Position numbers and translations under genes: made by a program. A stretch of DNA of 64,000 nt from Escherichia phage vB_EcoM_Kelasse, in the sequence record MW749001.1; one strand, written 5' to 3'. Each line of letters opens with the position of its first letter. The first letter of the stretch is position 1. Below are positions 44,126 to 55,765 of this stretch, in pieces. The notes below the pieces were generated by a model, which was not told where the DNA came from, searched no databases, and saw only the letters and a program-made list of their open reading frames with translations.

Positions 44126-44133
44126 GAGGTATT

Positions 44134-45249
44134 ATGGAAAAATTTATGGCAGAGTTTGGACAAGGATATGTCCAAACGCCATTTTTATCGGAAAGCAATT
44201 CAGTAAGATATAAAATAAGCATAGCGGGTTCTTGCCCGCTTTCTACAGCAGGACCATACGTTAAATTTCAGGATAATCCTGTAGGAAGTCAAACATTTAG
44301 CGCAGGCCTTCATTTAAGAGTTTTTGACCCTTCCACCGGAGCATTAGTTGATAGTAAATCATATTCTTTTTCGACTTCAAATGATACTACATCAGCTGCC
44401 TTTGTTAGTTTCATGAATTCTTTGACGAATAATCGAATTGTTGCTATATTAACTAACGGAAAGGTTAATTTTCCTCCTGAAGTAGTATCTTGGTTAAGAA
44501 CAGCAGGAACGTCTGCTTTTCCATCTGACTCTGTGTTGTCAAGATTCGACGTATCATATGCTGCTTTTTATACTTCTTCTAAAAGAGCTATTGCATTAGA
44601 GCATGTTAAACTGAGTAATAGAAAAAGCACAGATGATTATCAAACTATTTTAGATGTTGTATTTGACAGTTTAGAAGACGTCGGAGCTACCGGGTTTCCA
44701 AGAAGAACGTATGAAAGCGTTGAGCAATTTATGTCAGCGGTTGGTGGAACTAATAACGAAATTGCCCGTCTACCTACAGCATCTGCAATAAGTAAATTAT
44801 CTGATTATAATTTAATTCCTGGCGATGTTCTTTATCTTAAAGCTCAGTTATATGCTGATGCCGATTTACTTGCTCTTGGAACTACAAATATATCTATCCG
44901 TTTTTATAATGCATCAAATGGATATATTTCCTCGACACAAGCTGAATTTACCGGACAAGCTGGGTCATGGGAATTAAAGGAAGATTATGTAGTTGTTCCA
45001 GAAAACGCTGTAGGATTTACGATATATGCACAAAGAACTGCTAAAGCTGGCCAAGGTGGCATGAGAAATTTAAGCTTTTCTGAAGTATCAAGAAACGGCG
45101 GTATTTCAAAACCTGCTGAATTTGGCGTCAACGGTATTCGTGTTAATTATATCTGTGAATCCGCTTCACCTCCGGATATAATGGTACTTCCTACGCAAGC
45201 ATCGTCTAAAACTGGTAAAGTGTTTGGGCAAGAATTTAGAGAAGTATAA
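44134..45249 (+). CDS. 35: gp35 long tail fibre hinge
   Basis: 371-aa ORF. Confidence 0.85.
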   Translation: MEKFMAEFGQGYVQTPFLSESNSVRYKISIAGSCPLSTAGPYVKFQDNPVGSQTFSAGLHLRVFDPSTGALVDSKSYSFSTSNDTTSAAFVSFMNSLTNNRIVAILTNGKVNFPPEVVSWLRTAGTSAFPSDSVLSRFDVSYAAFYTSSKRAIALEHVKLSNRKSTDDYQTILDVVFDSLEDVGATGFPRRTYESVEQFMSAVGGTNNEIARLPTASAISKLSDYNLIPGDVLYLKAQLYADADLLALGTTNISIRFYNASNGYISSTQAEFTGQAGSWELKEDYVVVPENAVGFTIYAQRTAKAGQGGMRNLSFSEVSRNGGISKPAEFGVNGIRVNYICESASPPDIMVLPTQASSKTGKVFGQEFREV

Positions 45250-45280
45250 ATTGAGGGAGCCTTCGGGTTCCCTTTTTCTT

Positions 45281-45288
45281 TATAAATA
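45281..45288 (+). promoter_or_regulatory. Late promoter TATAAATA for gene 36
   Basis: TATAAATA about 25 bp upstream of the ATG, after a cttcgg hairpin at 45253..45272. Confidence 0.5.
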
Positions 45289-45311
45289 CTATTAAAATAA
45301 AGGGGCATATA

Positions 45312-45974
45312 ATGGCTGATTTAAAAGTAGGTTCAACAACTGGAGGCTCTGTCATTTGGCATCAAGGAAATTTTCCATTGAATCCAGCCGGTGACGATGT
45401 ACTCTATAAATCATTTAAAATATATTCAGAATATAATAAACCACAAGCTGCTGATAACGATTTCGTTTCTAAAGCTAACGGTGGTACTTACGCCGCGACT
45501 GTTCGATTTAATGGAGGCGTACATGTTCCTACTATAGGTAGTAGTCAACAGTGCGGTGTTTATCCAGGTAACGGTGATGCAGCTACTTTTGCTATGGCAA
45601 ATATTGACATCGTTTCGTGGAATGGTATTGGTTTTAAATCATCACAAGGTTCAGCAGACCGAACTGTTGTAATTAATGCACGTAATGGTGATATTAGTAC
45701 AAAAGGCGTTGTGACAGCAGTAGGTCAAATAAGAAGTAATGCAGTTTCTCCTGTATCAGCAAATGACCTTACTAGAAAGGACTATGTTGATGGAGCAATA
45801 AATACTGTTACAGCAAATGCGAACTCTAGGGTGCTACGATCTGGTGACACCATGATAGGTAATTTAACAGCGCCAAACTTTTTCTCGCAGAATCCTGCAT
45901 CTCAACCTTCACATGTTCCACGATTTGACCAAATCGTAATTAAGGATTCTGTTCAAGATTTCGGCTATTATTAA
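45312..45974 (+). CDS. 36: gp36 long tail fibre distal subunit (small)
   Basis: 220-aa ORF. Confidence 0.85.
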   Translation: MADLKVGSTTGGSVIWHQGNFPLNPAGDDVLYKSFKIYSEYNKPQAADNDFVSKANGGTYAATVRFNGGVHVPTIGSSQQCGVYPGNGDAATFAMANIDIVSWNGIGFKSSQGSADRTVVINARNGDISTKGVVTAVGQIRSNAVSPVSANDLTRKDYVDGAINTVTANANSRVLRSGDTMIGNLTAPNFFSQNPASQPSHVPRFDQIVIKDSVQDFGYY

Positions 45975-45982
45975 GAGGACTT

Positions 45983-48900
45983 ATGGCTACTTTAAAACAA
46001 ATACAATTTAAAAGAAGCAAAACCGCAGGTGCACGTCCTGCTGCTTCAGTATTAGCCGAAGGTGAATTGGCTATAAACTTAAAAGATAGAACAATTTTTA
46101 CTAAAGATGATACAGGAAATATCATTGATCTAGGTATTGCTAAAGGCGGTCAAATTGATGGAAATGTAACTATTGATGGAACTTTACGCGTCAATGGACC
46201 AATAAACAACTTTGGAAATTTTTCTACAAGTGGTACTATTACGGCAAGTAATATTGTTTCTGCTACAGTATTCAGATCAACATCCGGTTCATTTTATACA
46301 AGAGCAATAAATGATACTGCAAATGCCCATCTTTGGTTTGAAAATACGAATGGATCGGAGAGAGGGGTTTTATATTCAAAACCACAGTCTGAAAATGAAG
46401 GCGTAATTACAATGCGCGTTCGCCAAGGAACCGCAGCAGGGGCTCAAAATTCAGAATTTCATTTCATTTCTACTGATGGCGGTATCTTCCAGGCACGCAA
46501 ATTAACTGCTTTAACTTCTATTAGTACACCAACTATTAGTGTTAATTTAATTAATCATGATTCTAAAGCCTTTGGACAATACGATTCACAATCATTAGTT
46601 CAGTATGTTTATCCTGGAACCGGTGAAACAAATGGTGTAAACTATCTTCGTAAAGTTCGAGCTAAATCAGGTGGCACTATGTGGCATGAAATCTGTACAG
46701 CTCAGACAGGACAAGCTGATGAAATGTCATGGTGGACTGGTAATACTCCTCAGTCTAAACAATACGGTATTCGTAATGACGGACGAATGGCTGGACGTAA
46801 TAGCCTTGCATTAGGTACATTCACTACAAATTTCCCGTCTAGTGATTATGGCAACGTCGGTGTAATGGGCGATAAATATCTTGTTCTCGGTGACACTGTA
46901 ACTGGCTTGTCATACAAAAAAACTGGTGTATTTGATCTAGTTGGCGGTGGATATTCTGTTGCTTCTATTACTCCTGACAGTTTCCGTAGTACTCGTAAAG
47001 GTATATTTGGTCGTTCCGAGGACCAAGGCACCACATGGATTATGCCTGGCACTAATGCCGCTTTCTTGTCTGTTCAAACACAAGCTGATAATAACAATGC
47101 TGGAGACGGCCAGACGCATATTGGGTACAATGCTGGCGGTAAAATGAGTCATTATTTCCGCGGTAAAGGCAAAACTAATATTAATACTCAGGAAGGTGTA
47201 GACGTTAACCCGGGTATATTGAAGTTAACCACCGGCGGTGAAAGTATTAGCTTTAATGCCGCAACTGGAAGTATTAATTCTACATTAGCTTTTCGTCTTA
47301 ATAAAGGCATAATTATTGATGGACCTGATAATCAGGGATTCCAGTTTAACGCCCCGACGGCTGCAGATGGTACTAGAAGTATATACTGGAACAGTGGTAC
47401 TCGCGCAGGTCAAAACAAAAGCCCTGTTACAGTTAAAGTGTGGGGTAATTCATTTAACGCATCGGGCGATCGTGCTCGTGAAACGGTTTTTGAAGTAGCT
47501 GATGGGCAAGGTTTCCATTTTTATTCTCAACGTGTAGCTCCTGCGCCTGGTTCTACCGTCGGACCTATTCAATTTCGAGTTAATGGTGGTTTATTAACTT
47601 CTGGTGGTATTACATCATCTGGTTCTATTGTTACTGAATCAAGTTTAGTTGCCAATAATGGCATGTCAGTAAATGGTCAGGCTAAATTTGGCGGAACAGC
47701 AAACGCACTGAGAATTTGGAACGCTGAATACGGTGTTATTTTCCGTCGTTCTGAAAGTAACTTTTACATTATTCCAACCAATCAAAATGAAGGCGAAAGC
47801 GGAGACATTCATAGCTCTTTGAGACCTGTAAGAATAGGATTAAACGATGGCATGGTTGGGTTAGGAAGAGATTCTTTTATAGTAGATCAAAATAATGCTT
47901 TAACTACGATAAACAGTAACTCTCGCATTAATGCCAACTTTAGAATGCAATTAGGGCAGTCGACATATATTGATGCAGAATGCACTGATGCCGTTAGACC
48001 TGCAGGGGCTGGTTCATTTGCCTCGCAAAATAATGAAAACGTCCGTGCTCCGTTCTATATGAATATTAATCGCACAGATACAAGTACTTACGTTCCAATT
48101 GTTAAACAGAGATACGTACAAAATAATAGTTGCTATTCTATTGGTACTTTAATTAATGGCGGTAATTTTAGAGTTCATTATCATGAAGGTGGTGATGGCG
48201 GTTCTACTGGCGCGATTATAAAGGATTTAGGTTGGGAATTTAATAAAAACGGTGATTTTTACTCTCCTGGTAAATTAGGTGCTGGAAATATTCGTATCGG
48301 AACAGACGGTAATATTACAGGTGGTTCTGGTAATTTTGCTAACTTGAATACCACATTAAACCGTAAGGTCAATTCCGGATTTGTAACATACGGTGCAACT
48401 GCTGGATGGTATAAATTCGCTACAGTAACGATGCCACAATCTACTTCTACTGTTTCATTTACTATAACTGGTGGTAAAGGATTTAATACCGGACTGTTTA
48501 CACAATGTGCTATAACAGAAATTGTTCTTCGTACTGGTAATGACCGCCCAGCAGGTTTAAACGCCGTGATGTATACCAGAACAGCTGCAGGTCTTACTGA
48601 TATTGCTGTAGTTAATACCTCAGGAAATACATATGATATCTATGTTGAATCTGGTACTTATGCCAATCAATTAGCTTATACATGGCATACAGTTGATAAT
48701 GCTACAGTAGAAGTTATCGGCGCTTTTGGTCCTACTCAAGACCCGGTAGATTCTTTGCCGGCTGATTATGTTAAAGGCCAAGTAGCTAACATGCTTAACA
48801 ACCTGGTAGACACAGGTAAAGTAAAACGTTATGTAGCAGAATCTGAAATTGCTATTAATAACCAAACGGGTCTTCGTATTACGAGTAATTCTGATAGATC

Positions 48901-49921
48901 AGGTTCTAATTCCGTTTTATTTCGAAATGACGGTGGAAGCTTCTATATTTTACTGACTGACAAAAACTCTTCAGACGGCGATAATAAAGCAACTGAAGGC
49001 GATTGGAATGGAAAACGACCGTTTTCAATCGATATGACTGCTGGTACTGTTCGTCTTGGCGAAAATACTTCTTTTGATAAAGATATTACTATTAATGGAA
49101 ACATTAATTCACGAGTTAAAGCTGCCGGACAATGGAGTGTTAGCTTTTCTGCTATTTCAGATGTGACTCGCGACAATTCTGCATTCTTAGCGAATACGGG
49201 TGGCATTTCCAAGACAAGTCAAGCTTATTACCCGCTATTTTCTGGATACAGTTTTTTAACTGACGCGGGTTATCGACAATCGTTTGAATTTGGATGGTTA
49301 GGTGTTTCTGGTACTTGGCGCCAAGGCATTATTCGCATGCGTGGTGACAACGCATCGGGGCAACAGGCTCGTTGGACTTTTGATATGGACGGAACATTTT
49401 ATGCTCCTATACTATCATGCGGATCTGCGAGAGCATTCGGTGTCAATACATCAAATGGTCTCGGTGGAAACAGTATAACATTTGGTGATAGCGATACTGG
49501 TATTAAGCAAAATGGCGATGGATTATTAGACATATATGCGAACAGCGTACAAGTGTTCCGTTTCCAAAACGGTGATTTGTACTCATACAAAAATATAAAT
49601 GCTCCAAACGTTTATATTCGTTCTGATATTCGTTTAAAATCCAACTTCAAACCTATCGAAAATGCACTTGATAAAGTTGAAAAACTCAACGGTGTCATTT
49701 ACGATAAAGCTGAATACATCGGTGGAGAGGCAATTGAAACTGAAGCGGGTATTGTGGCTCAAACGTTACAAGACGTTTTACCAGAAGCTGTCCGTGAAAC
49801 AGAAGACAGTAAGGGTAATAAAATACTCACTGTTTCTTCTCAAGCCCAGATTGCTCTTCTAGTTGAAGCTGTGAAAACACTTTCTTCTCGTGTAAAAGAA
49901 CTTGAATCTAAACTTATGTAA
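45983..49921 (+). CDS. 37: gp37 long tail fibre distal subunit with C-terminal intramolecular chaperone-like domain
   Basis: 1312-aa ORF; C-terminal RSDIRLKSN motif followed by about 100 aa. Confidence 0.85.
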   Translation: MATLKQIQFKRSKTAGARPAASVLAEGELAINLKDRTIFTKDDTGNIIDLGIAKGGQIDGNVTIDGTLRVNGPINNFGNFSTSGTITASNIVSATVFRSTSGSFYTRAINDTANAHLWFENTNGSERGVLYSKPQSENEGVITMRVRQGTAAGAQNSEFHFISTDGGIFQARKLTALTSISTPTISVNLINHDSKAFGQYDSQSLVQYVYPGTGETNGVNYLRKVRAKSGGTMWHEICTAQTGQADEMSWWTGNTPQSKQYGIRNDGRMAGRNSLALGTFTTNFPSSDYGNVGVMGDKYLVLGDTVTGLSYKKTGVFDLVGGGYSVASITPDSFRSTRKGIFGRSEDQGTTWIMPGTNAAFLSVQTQADNNNAGDGQTHIGYNAGGKMSHYFRGKGKTNINTQEGVDVNPGILKLTTGGESISFNAATGSINSTLAFRLNKGIIIDGPDNQGFQFNAPTAADGTRSIYWNSGTRAGQNKSPVTVKVWGNSFNASGDRARETVFEVADGQGFHFYSQRVAPAPGSTVGPIQFRVNGGLLTSGGITSSGSIVTESSLVANNGMSVNGQAKFGGTANALRIWNAEYGVIFRRSESNFYIIPTNQNEGESGDIHSSLRPVRIGLNDGMVGLGRDSFIVDQNNALTTINSNSRINANFRMQLGQSTYIDAECTDAVRPAGAGSFASQNNENVRAPFYMNINRTDTSTYVPIVKQRYVQNNSCYSIGTLINGGNFRVHYHEGGDGGSTGAIIKDLGWEFNKNGDFYSPGKLGAGNIRIGTDGNITGGSGNFANLNTTLNRKVNSGFVTYGATAGWYKFATVTMPQSTSTVSFTITGGKGFNTGLFTQCAITEIVLRTGNDRPAGLNAVMYTRTAAGLTDIAVVNTSGNTYDIYVESGTYANQLAYTWHTVDNATVEVIGAFGPTQDPVDSLPADYVKGQVANMLNNLVDTGKVKRYVAESEIAINNQTGLRITSNSDRSGSNSVLFRNDGGSFYILLTDKNSSDGDNKATEGDWNGKRPFSIDMTAGTVRLGENTSFDKDITINGNINSRVKAAGQWSVSFSAISDVTRDNSAFLANTGGISKTSQAYYPLFSGYSFLTDAGYRQSFEFGWLGVSGTWRQGIIRMRGDNASGQQARWTFDMDGTFYAPILSCGSARAFGVNTSNGLGGNSITFGDSDTGIKQNGDGLLDIYANSVQVFRFQNGDLYSYKNINAPNVYIRSDIRLKSNFKPIENALDKVEKLNGVIYDKAEYIGGEAIETEAGIVAQTLQDVLPEAVRETEDSKGNKILTVSSQAQIALLVEAVKTLSSRVKELESKLM

Positions 49922-49923
49922 AG

Positions 49924-49939
49924 GAGGGCTTCGGCCCTC
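49924..49939 (+). other. CUUCGG hairpin between genes 37 and 38
   Basis: gagggcttcggccctc. Confidence 0.45.
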
Positions 49940-49951
49940 TAAGGATTTTTA

Positions 49952-50743
49952 ATGGCAATTGTAGGTGTTCCTGGCTGGATTGGTGAATCTGCCGTGAATG
50001 AAACTGGACAACGCTGGATGGACGCTGCGATGAAAGCTGTTCGTGTTTCAGTTCCCGGTTGGATGAGTTCAATGGCTGGGCAATCTAAAGAAGTATATTA
50101 TAGCGTTGGTGCTAGCAATTCTTACAATAAAGACACACTAATAAATTGGATAAAAGCCCAAGGCAGTACTCCTGTTGTTATTACTATTACAGGAAATATT
50201 GTTTCTCAATCTACTGGTGTTCCATGCTTAGATTTTCCTAGCTCATTAACTAATGCATATGTTACCTTAAATATTAATAGTGGGGTTCATGTATTAGGTC
50301 GGGGAGGAAATGGCGGAAGTAACTCTGCTGGCGGAGCAGGAGGAACTGCAATAAATAACGGAATTGGAACTCGTTTAAGAATAAACAATAATGGTATTAT
50401 TGGTGGCGGCGGAGGTGGCGGCGCTGGTGCTAGATACCATCCTTTCCCTCAAATGGATATGATATTTGGTGGCGGCGGAGGTCGTCCATTTGGCGCAGCT
50501 GGCGCAGCAGGAGGTGGCGCAGCGGCAGCATCCGCTGGTACAATTTCTGCTCCTGGTAAAGGTACTGTTTCTGGGGTTCACTATGGAGGAAATGGTGGAG
50601 ATTTGGGAGCTGCTGGCAAATCTTCATATATTAAAGGTGGTACTGGAGGAACTGTTCACTCGGGTGGTGCTGCGGGTAAAGCTGTTACTGGTAATGCTCC
50701 AACTTGGACTAAAGTTGGCACAATATATGGTTCAAGAGTATAA
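49952..50743 (+). CDS. 38: gp38 tail fibre adhesin, T2-type with glycine-rich motifs
   Basis: 263-aa ORF; Gly-runs (GGGGGGG, GGGGG) separating variable segments. Confidence 0.8.
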   Translation: MAIVGVPGWIGESAVNETGQRWMDAAMKAVRVSVPGWMSSMAGQSKEVYYSVGASNSYNKDTLINWIKAQGSTPVVITITGNIVSQSTGVPCLDFPSSLTNAYVTLNINSGVHVLGRGGNGGSNSAGGAGGTAINNGIGTRLRINNNGIIGGGGGGGAGARYHPFPQMDMIFGGGGGRPFGAAGAAGGGAAAASAGTISAPGKGTVSGVHYGGNGGDLGAAGKSSYIKGGTGGTVHSGGAAGKAVTGNAPTWTKVGTIYGSRV

Positions 50744-50775
50744 TTTTTGAATAAATATCCTTAAAAGGAGGGTCT

Positions 50776-51432
50776 ATGGCAGCACCTAGAATATCATTTT
50801 CGCCCTCTGATATTCTATTTGGTGTTCTAGATCGCTTGTTCAAAGATAACGCTACCGGGAAGGTTCTTGCCTCCCGAGTAGCTGTCGTAATTCTTTTATT
50901 TATGATGGCGATTGTTTGGTATAGGGGAGATAGTTTCTTTGAGTACTATAAGCAATCAAAGTATGAAACATACAGTGAAATTATTGAAAAGGAAAGAAAT
51001 GCACGCTTTGAATCTGTCGCCCTGGAACAACTCCAGATAGTTCATATATCATCTGAGGCAGACTTTAGTGCGGTGTATTCTTTCCGCCCTAAAAATTTAA
51101 ACTATTTTGTTGATATTATAGCATATGAAGGAAGATTACCTTCAACAATAACTGAAAAATCACTTGGAGGATATCCTGTTGATAAAACTATGGATGAATA
51201 TACAGTTCATTTAAATGGACGTCATTATTATTCCGATTCAAAATTTGCTTTTTTACCAACTAAAAAGCCTACTCCCGAAATAAACTACATGTACAGTTGT
51301 CCATATTTTAATTTGGATAATATCTATGCTGGAACAATAACAATGTACTGGTATAGAAATGATCATATAAGTAATGACCGCCTTGAATCAATATGTGCTC
51401 AGGCGGCCAGAATATTAGGAAGGGCTAAATAA
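50776..51432 (+). CDS. t: Holin T
   Basis: 218-aa ORF with a single transmembrane segment near the N-terminus; matches remembered T4 holin. Confidence 0.88.
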   Translation: MAAPRISFSPSDILFGVLDRLFKDNATGKVLASRVAVVILLFMMAIVWYRGDSFFEYYKQSKYETYSEIIEKERNARFESVALEQLQIVHISSEADFSAVYSFRPKNLNYFVDIIAYEGRLPSTITEKSLGGYPVDKTMDEYTVHLNGRHYYSDSKFAFLPTKKPTPEINYMYSCPYFNLDNIYAGTITMYWYRNDHISNDRLESICAQAARILGRAK

Positions 51433-51705
51433 TTATTTGTTCGTATACATCTCTAGATATCGATATACACCCTCAAAACCCTCGTTGAATTCGTCGATGA
51501 GGGTTTTCTTATCTTCTTGAGTTAATTCAGAAACAATTTTACGGAATGAATTCTGATTTAATTTTCTACCTTCATGCGTTACTCCAATCTCATTCAGAAA
51601 TGCAATAAAATTAGCACGATTTTCAACAATATCTTCTCTGGAAAATTTAATCAAAATAGACGCAACAGTAATAATTTCACGAACTGTATCAATGTTTTTA
51701 TTCAT
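51433..51705 (-). CDS. asiA: AsiA anti-sigma-70 factor
   Basis: 90-aa ORF matching remembered T4 AsiA. Confidence 0.88.
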   Translation of the reverse strand: MNKNIDTVREIITVASILIKFSREDIVENRANFIAFLNEIGVTHEGRKLNQNSFRKIVSELTQEDKKTLIDEFNEGFEGVYRYLEMYTNK

Positions 51706-51717
51706 TAACTATACCAC

Positions 51718-51870
51718 TCAATTAGTTGACTTTGCTATAATATCATCAGACGCTTGATTTGTAAACTGGTCTGTGGTATTTTCTTCAAAAATTTTTTCTA
51801 CGAATTCCTTGAACGACTCGCGTTCCTGAGCTACATTATGCTCGATTACCTTTTCAAGATTATGACTCAT
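51718..51870 (-). CDS. Small acidic protein, 50 aa
   Basis: Hand-translated minus ORF MSHNLEKVIEH...; its ATG overlaps the arn stop (ATGA). Confidence 0.4.
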   Translation of the reverse strand: MSHNLEKVIEHNVAQERESFKEFVEKIFEENTTDQFTNQASDDIIAKSTN

Positions 51871-52145
51871 TCGAAATAATCTTCAATTTCATAATCATGG
51901 ACATAAATCATTATAGTTTTTAATACATCATCAATACTTTTTCCTGGAGCTGGAATTACGTAAAAATATCCTGCTTTTGAGAGGTCTTTATAAGTTCCAA
52001 TCAAGAAATCATTATTCTCAAGATGTAGTTCTTCAACTAATTCATTAACAATTGAATGGTATAGGTTTGGTAGAAACTTATATAGCTTTTCTAGAATATC
52101 AATTTTGATTGTGTATTGAACCACAGATTGAGAATCAATAATCAT
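51867..52145 (-). CDS. arn: Arn anti-restriction nuclease (McrBC inhibitor)
   Basis: 92-aa ORF, synteny. Confidence 0.75.
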   Translation of the reverse strand: MIIDSQSVVQYTIKIDILEKLYKFLPNLYHSIVNELVEELHLENNDFLIGTYKDLSKAGYFYVIPAPGKSIDDVLKTIMIYVHDYEIEDYFE

Positions 52146-52228
52146 AGACCTTCCCCTTATGTTTCTGTTTGCGATTAGATTCTTTAAACGCTTTCTTCTT
52201 ATCCTTATGAACAGAAGCTTTATTAAAA

Positions 52229-52447
52229 TTATGTTTTGCGACTAAATTGTTCATAGTGCTGAATTACCTCTCTCAAACATTTGCATGTGAATGAAAACTT
52301 TTTAGCTACACCACATTCAAATATGTGTTCTCTTAAATCACATGTATCAGTATATCCCATCTCAACAATAAAATGCCTTATTAGATTTTTATCTTTATCA
52401 TTGAGAGAATTAAAATAATCAGATTTTGAATTAATTTCCCTGGCCAA
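52229..52447 (-). CDS. arn.1: Hypothetical Cys-containing protein
   Basis: 72-aa ORF. Confidence 0.45.
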   Translation of the reverse strand: MAREINSKSDYFNSLNDKDKNLIRHFIVEMGYTDTCDLREHIFECGVAKKFSFTCKCLREVIQHYEQFSRKT

Positions 52448-52727
52448 ATTGAATCACCTTCAGTTGACGTTTTAATTCTTTTATCATCTCTTCGTTCATC
52501 GCAATATAAAGATCGCGTAAAGCAGGTTTTAGCATTCCATTTACTGGAGAACTAAATGGACACACATAATCTTTTCCTACAAGCTTTTTGGTGAATTCCA
52601 TATCACAGAATTTAAATCCCGGCTCATTGGTATAAATTCCCCAATTAGTTGACATCATTTTATTAGCGTATTCCAGTGCCTGGATTTGATTCATAATTCC
52701 ATCAATTTGAAACTTTTTAATATTCAT
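52431..52727 (-). CDS. arn.2: Hypothetical protein
   Basis: 98-aa ORF. Confidence 0.45.
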   Translation of the reverse strand: MNIKKFQIDGIMNQIQALEYANKMMSTNWGIYTNEPGFKFCDMEFTKKLVGKDYVCPFSSPVNGMLKPALRDLYIAMNEEMIKELKRQLKVIQFGQGN

Positions 52728-53188
52728 TAGTAAAGGTCCTCAGAGTAAAGTTCTTTTTCACTACCACCGCGTTCAATACGCACCTGCCCAGCATAAGTTG
52801 CAATAATCATTGCTTCTTCACGTGTCCAATAATTACTATATTGGTCAATAAACCCTTGGTCATCATCACAAACTTGTTGAGTAACTAACTGTGGTTTAAC
52901 TATATCTAAAACTTCTGCCATGTCCTTAGAATAATGACGAGCGCCTGGAATAATAAGAGTTCGTCCATCTTTTAATTTAAAACGGTTGGCTGCGCAGACA
53001 ATTCGTCGTTGATACTTTTGATTTTCATCCCAATATGCAGTCTGCCAACAGATTTCAGGAACTTCTTTCAGAATATCTTCTTCTGTGCATTTATAACCAT
53101 GCGCTTTAAATTTTTGAACAAGACTCTCCGGAGTCTCACGAGATAAAGGAACATTCAGCATTTTTAAACGATTGATAAATGGGTTCAT
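52727..53188 (-). CDS. arn.3: Hypothetical protein
   Basis: 153-aa ORF. Confidence 0.45.
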   Translation of the reverse strand: MNPFINRLKMLNVPLSRETPESLVQKFKAHGYKCTEEDILKEVPEICWQTAYWDENQKYQRRIVCAANRFKLKDGRTLIIPGARHYSKDMAEVLDIVKPQLVTQQVCDDDQGFIDQYSNYWTREEAMIIATYAGQVRIERGGSEKELYSEDLY

Positions 53189-53514
53189 TTAAACCATCCT
53201 TTAATACGCTGCCACAAAGTTTTCTGCTGAGTTTTGTTAACACCAATTGAGCGAATAACTGGTTGAGATTCCTGGAATTCTTTATAATCAGCAAGGTAAA
53301 TTTCGTAAGCTGCATCCGTAAATGAACTTATCGCTGCCATAAAATTATTGCGAATACCTATTGGAGCATCTTTACTGTCACGAATAATCATGTATTTACC
53401 AGTCTTAATCTTTACAATAGTTCCAAGATAAGCTCCATGGTACCAAATGTCCCACCCCTCTTGAGTGGGTTCTGCACAACGACGAAGTTCATTGATAATT
53501 TCTAACTTGTTCAT
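53185..53514 (-). CDS. arn.4: Hypothetical protein
   Basis: 109-aa ORF. Confidence 0.45.
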   Translation of the reverse strand: MNKLEIINELRRCAEPTQEGWDIWYHGAYLGTIVKIKTGKYMIIRDSKDAPIGIRNNFMAAISSFTDAAYEIYLADYKEFQESQPVIRSIGVNKTQQKTLWQRIKGWFK

Positions 53515-53524
53515 TATTTATTCC

Positions 53525-54160
53525 TCACAGTTCAGATGCTACAGTGATTACTGCTTCAATGTTTTCTGCCGAGCGTTTAATGTCAAGATACACATTACCG
53601 TTTTTAGCGATTTTACAAGACATTCCGATATCAGTAAATTTCTGAATATGATGTTCCATCATTTTGTATCCAAAAATTCGCATATTTCCATTATTGTTAA
53701 TTTCAAAATTGCGAATTCCGTGGGTGCGTTTTTCTAAAATAGCGAGATAGTTACTGCGATAAGTTTCAACCTTTTTAAGAACAAATCCATTTTCATCTAA
53801 AAGTTTTAACATAAAGTCTTTATCTTCTTCCATATCAGAAGTAATCTCGCGAGCTTTACGAGTTGCTCGTTTTTTCAGCAGTTCAGGAGCGTTTTCCTGT
53901 GCATATAAAGTTGCTGCGTTTGAAATAATATCTTGCGCTTCGCCTGTGATGATTAATCCATCACCTGATTTCTCTACCAGGCCTTTTTTAATCAATACCC
54001 CAATATTACTATTAACTACTGCGTTACCTAAATCTGGATGCACCTCACGAACTTCTGCGGCTGTAATGAAATCTTTCTTAGCAATAGTAATTAAAATCGC
54101 AGCAGTTTTTTCATTCAGAACATCGTTAGAAGCTTTGATGATGTAAGTTACTTTAGACAT
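53525..54160 (-). CDS. motA: MotA, activator of middle transcription
   Basis: 211-aa ORF, synteny. Confidence 0.85.
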   Translation of the reverse strand: MSKVTYIIKASNDVLNEKTAAILITIAKKDFITAAEVREVHPDLGNAVVNSNIGVLIKKGLVEKSGDGLIITGEAQDIISNAATLYAQENAPELLKKRATRKAREITSDMEEDKDFMLKLLDENGFVLKKVETYRSNYLAILEKRTHGIRNFEINNNGNMRIFGYKMMEHHIQKFTDIGMSCKIAKNGNVYLDIKRSAENIEAVITVASEL

Positions 54161-54201
54161 TTTCTAATCTCCGTAATTCTGTATCAGTAGTTGATAGTTG
54201 T

Positions 54202-54231
54202 ATAGTACCACAGTATGCTTTGGTTGTAAAC
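54202..54231 (-). promoter_or_regulatory. Early promoter upstream of motA
   Basis: -35 GTTTACA at 54231..54225, -10 TACTAT at 54207..54202. Confidence 0.5.
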
Positions 54232-54261
54232 CGTTTTGTGAAAAATTTTTGAAATAAAAAA

Positions 54262-54282
54262 GGGAGAGCCGAGGCTCTCCCT
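54262..54282 (-). terminator. Rho-independent terminator after the gene 52 operon
   Basis: gggagagccgaggctctccc followed on the minus strand by UUUUUUAUUUC. Confidence 0.6.
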
Positions 54283-54286
54283 AAAA

Positions 54287-54436
54287 TTACTGCATGACTG
54301 TGATAACTGTCATGATAACACGTTGAATGCCGAACGCAAGAAGACCTCCTGCTACGGCTGGAACAACACCTAAACCCGCCAGTAAAATGCTACCGGATAC
54401 TAATGCAGCGCTTGTAATACCTATAAATGGACTCAT
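54287..54436 (-). CDS. 49-aa hydrophobic membrane peptide (motA.1 position)
   Basis: Hand-translated MSPFIGITSAALVSGSILLAGLGVVPAVAGG...; its ATG overlaps the gene 52 stop (ATGA). Confidence 0.5.
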   Translation of the reverse strand: MSPFIGITSAALVSGSILLAGLGVVPAVAGGLLAFGIQRVIMTVITVMQ

Positions 54437-55761
54437 TTGATTTCCTCTAAATCTTTAGTGTATTCGGTAACTACATCAGTAGTTTTCCAATATTCGTTTT
54501 CTTCTTTCTTAGCTTTAGCTTCTTCAGCAAGTTTCTTTGCTTCGTCGGAAGTCATATGAAAAATATTCATTCCGACTAGTTTATCAACATAAGAAGAATA
54601 CATCTCAATTTTAGAAAGTTCTTCGGTCAGTTCTTTACGAGTTTTACCCTGCACAACGATTTCACCTGAAATTACTTTCTTAATAAAATGTGCCTTGGCA
54701 AAGGCTAAACGAAATGCTGATTCAGTTTCTTTGATTTTGTTATCAATTCGTTTTTGGACATAAGTTTTACGAACTTCAACAAAGTCTTTAATTAAATCAA
54801 CTACGTTATCGTAAACTTGCAGCTTTCCTTTCTCATTAATAACCGTAATATTCTGAGAACGACGCTCAATCAACCCGAAGTCTTTCATGATTTTTGCATG
54901 GCGTTCTTCTTCGTTATCGCTCAAAGAGTATTCTTTGCGGAATTTAATTTTAAAGCCAAAACCATGCTCACCACAAGCATCATCCCATGTAATGAAGCCT
55001 TTATCTTCAAGCGGGTCTAAGATTTTACTCACGTAAGTTTCACGATCATACTTATACGGAATCTCAGTGATATTCATTTGAGTTCGTGAAGTAAACTTGT
55101 ACGTTCCACGAATTTCATATTGACCGTCAATTTCAACGACTTCACCACGAAATTCTGGGAATTCTACCTTCGGTTTAGTTACTTTCTTTCCTTGAAGAGC
55201 TTGTAATACAGCTTTCTTGACAGAAGAAACGCTATGAGGAAGAATGTAAGTTGCATAACCAGTTGCAATACCGGAAACACCATTAAGAAGAACGGTAGGA
55301 ATAATAGGCAAATAGAAAGCAGGCGGAATGTGTTCTTTATCTTGATGTACCGGAGCATATTCAATATCTTTATATACACTATAGAAATTTTTACTTACAC
55401 GAGCAAAAATATAACGACTTGCTGCTGCTTTTTGAACGGTACGAGAACCAAAGTTTCCTTGACCATCTAACAAAGGAAAGTTATTATTCCAAGTATTAGC
55501 CATCAAAGCCCCCGCGTCTTGCGCAGAGTTTTCGCCATGATGATATCCAAGGTCCGCTACACCGCCTGCAATAGAAGCGAGTTTGTGAAACTTATCTTTA
55601 TTTCCTCGTGCCAAATCAAGAGCTCGAGCGATAACAAATCGTTGAACTGGCTTAAATCCATCAATCATATTTGGGATAGCACGATTTTCAACCGTGTACA
55701 TAGCATAAGCCAATGCTTCATTATCAATGATACTTTTTAAATCGCGATTATTCAGTTGCAT
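54433..55761 (-). CDS. 52: gp52 DNA topoisomerase II medium subunit
   Basis: 442-aa ORF, synteny. Confidence 0.88.
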   Translation of the reverse strand: MQLNNRDLKSIIDNEALAYAMYTVENRAIPNMIDGFKPVQRFVIARALDLARGNKDKFHKLASIAGGVADLGYHHGENSAQDAGALMANTWNNNFPLLDGQGNFGSRTVQKAAASRYIFARVSKNFYSVYKDIEYAPVHQDKEHIPPAFYLPIIPTVLLNGVSGIATGYATYILPHSVSSVKKAVLQALQGKKVTKPKVEFPEFRGEVVEIDGQYEIRGTYKFTSRTQMNITEIPYKYDRETYVSKILDPLEDKGFITWDDACGEHGFGFKIKFRKEYSLSDNEEERHAKIMKDFGLIERRSQNITVINEKGKLQVYDNVVDLIKDFVEVRKTYVQKRIDNKIKETESAFRLAFAKAHFIKKVISGEIVVQGKTRKELTEELSKIEMYSSYVDKLVGMNIFHMTSDEAKKLAEEAKAKKEENEYWKTTDVVTEYTKDLEEIK

Positions 55762-55765
55762 AAAT

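Noticed and set aside
46846-47152. Short antisense ORFs inside genes 34 and 37 (for example 41672..41914, 46846..47152, 48943..49212)
   Set aside because: Embedded antisense to long structural genes, with no start signals; typical spurious ORFs.
50280-50700. Repetitive ggtggcggcgga-type DNA in gene 38, which could pass for a simple repeat or array
   Set aside because: It lies in frame within gene 38 and encodes the poly-glycine motifs of the adhesin; no spacer-repeat periodicity.
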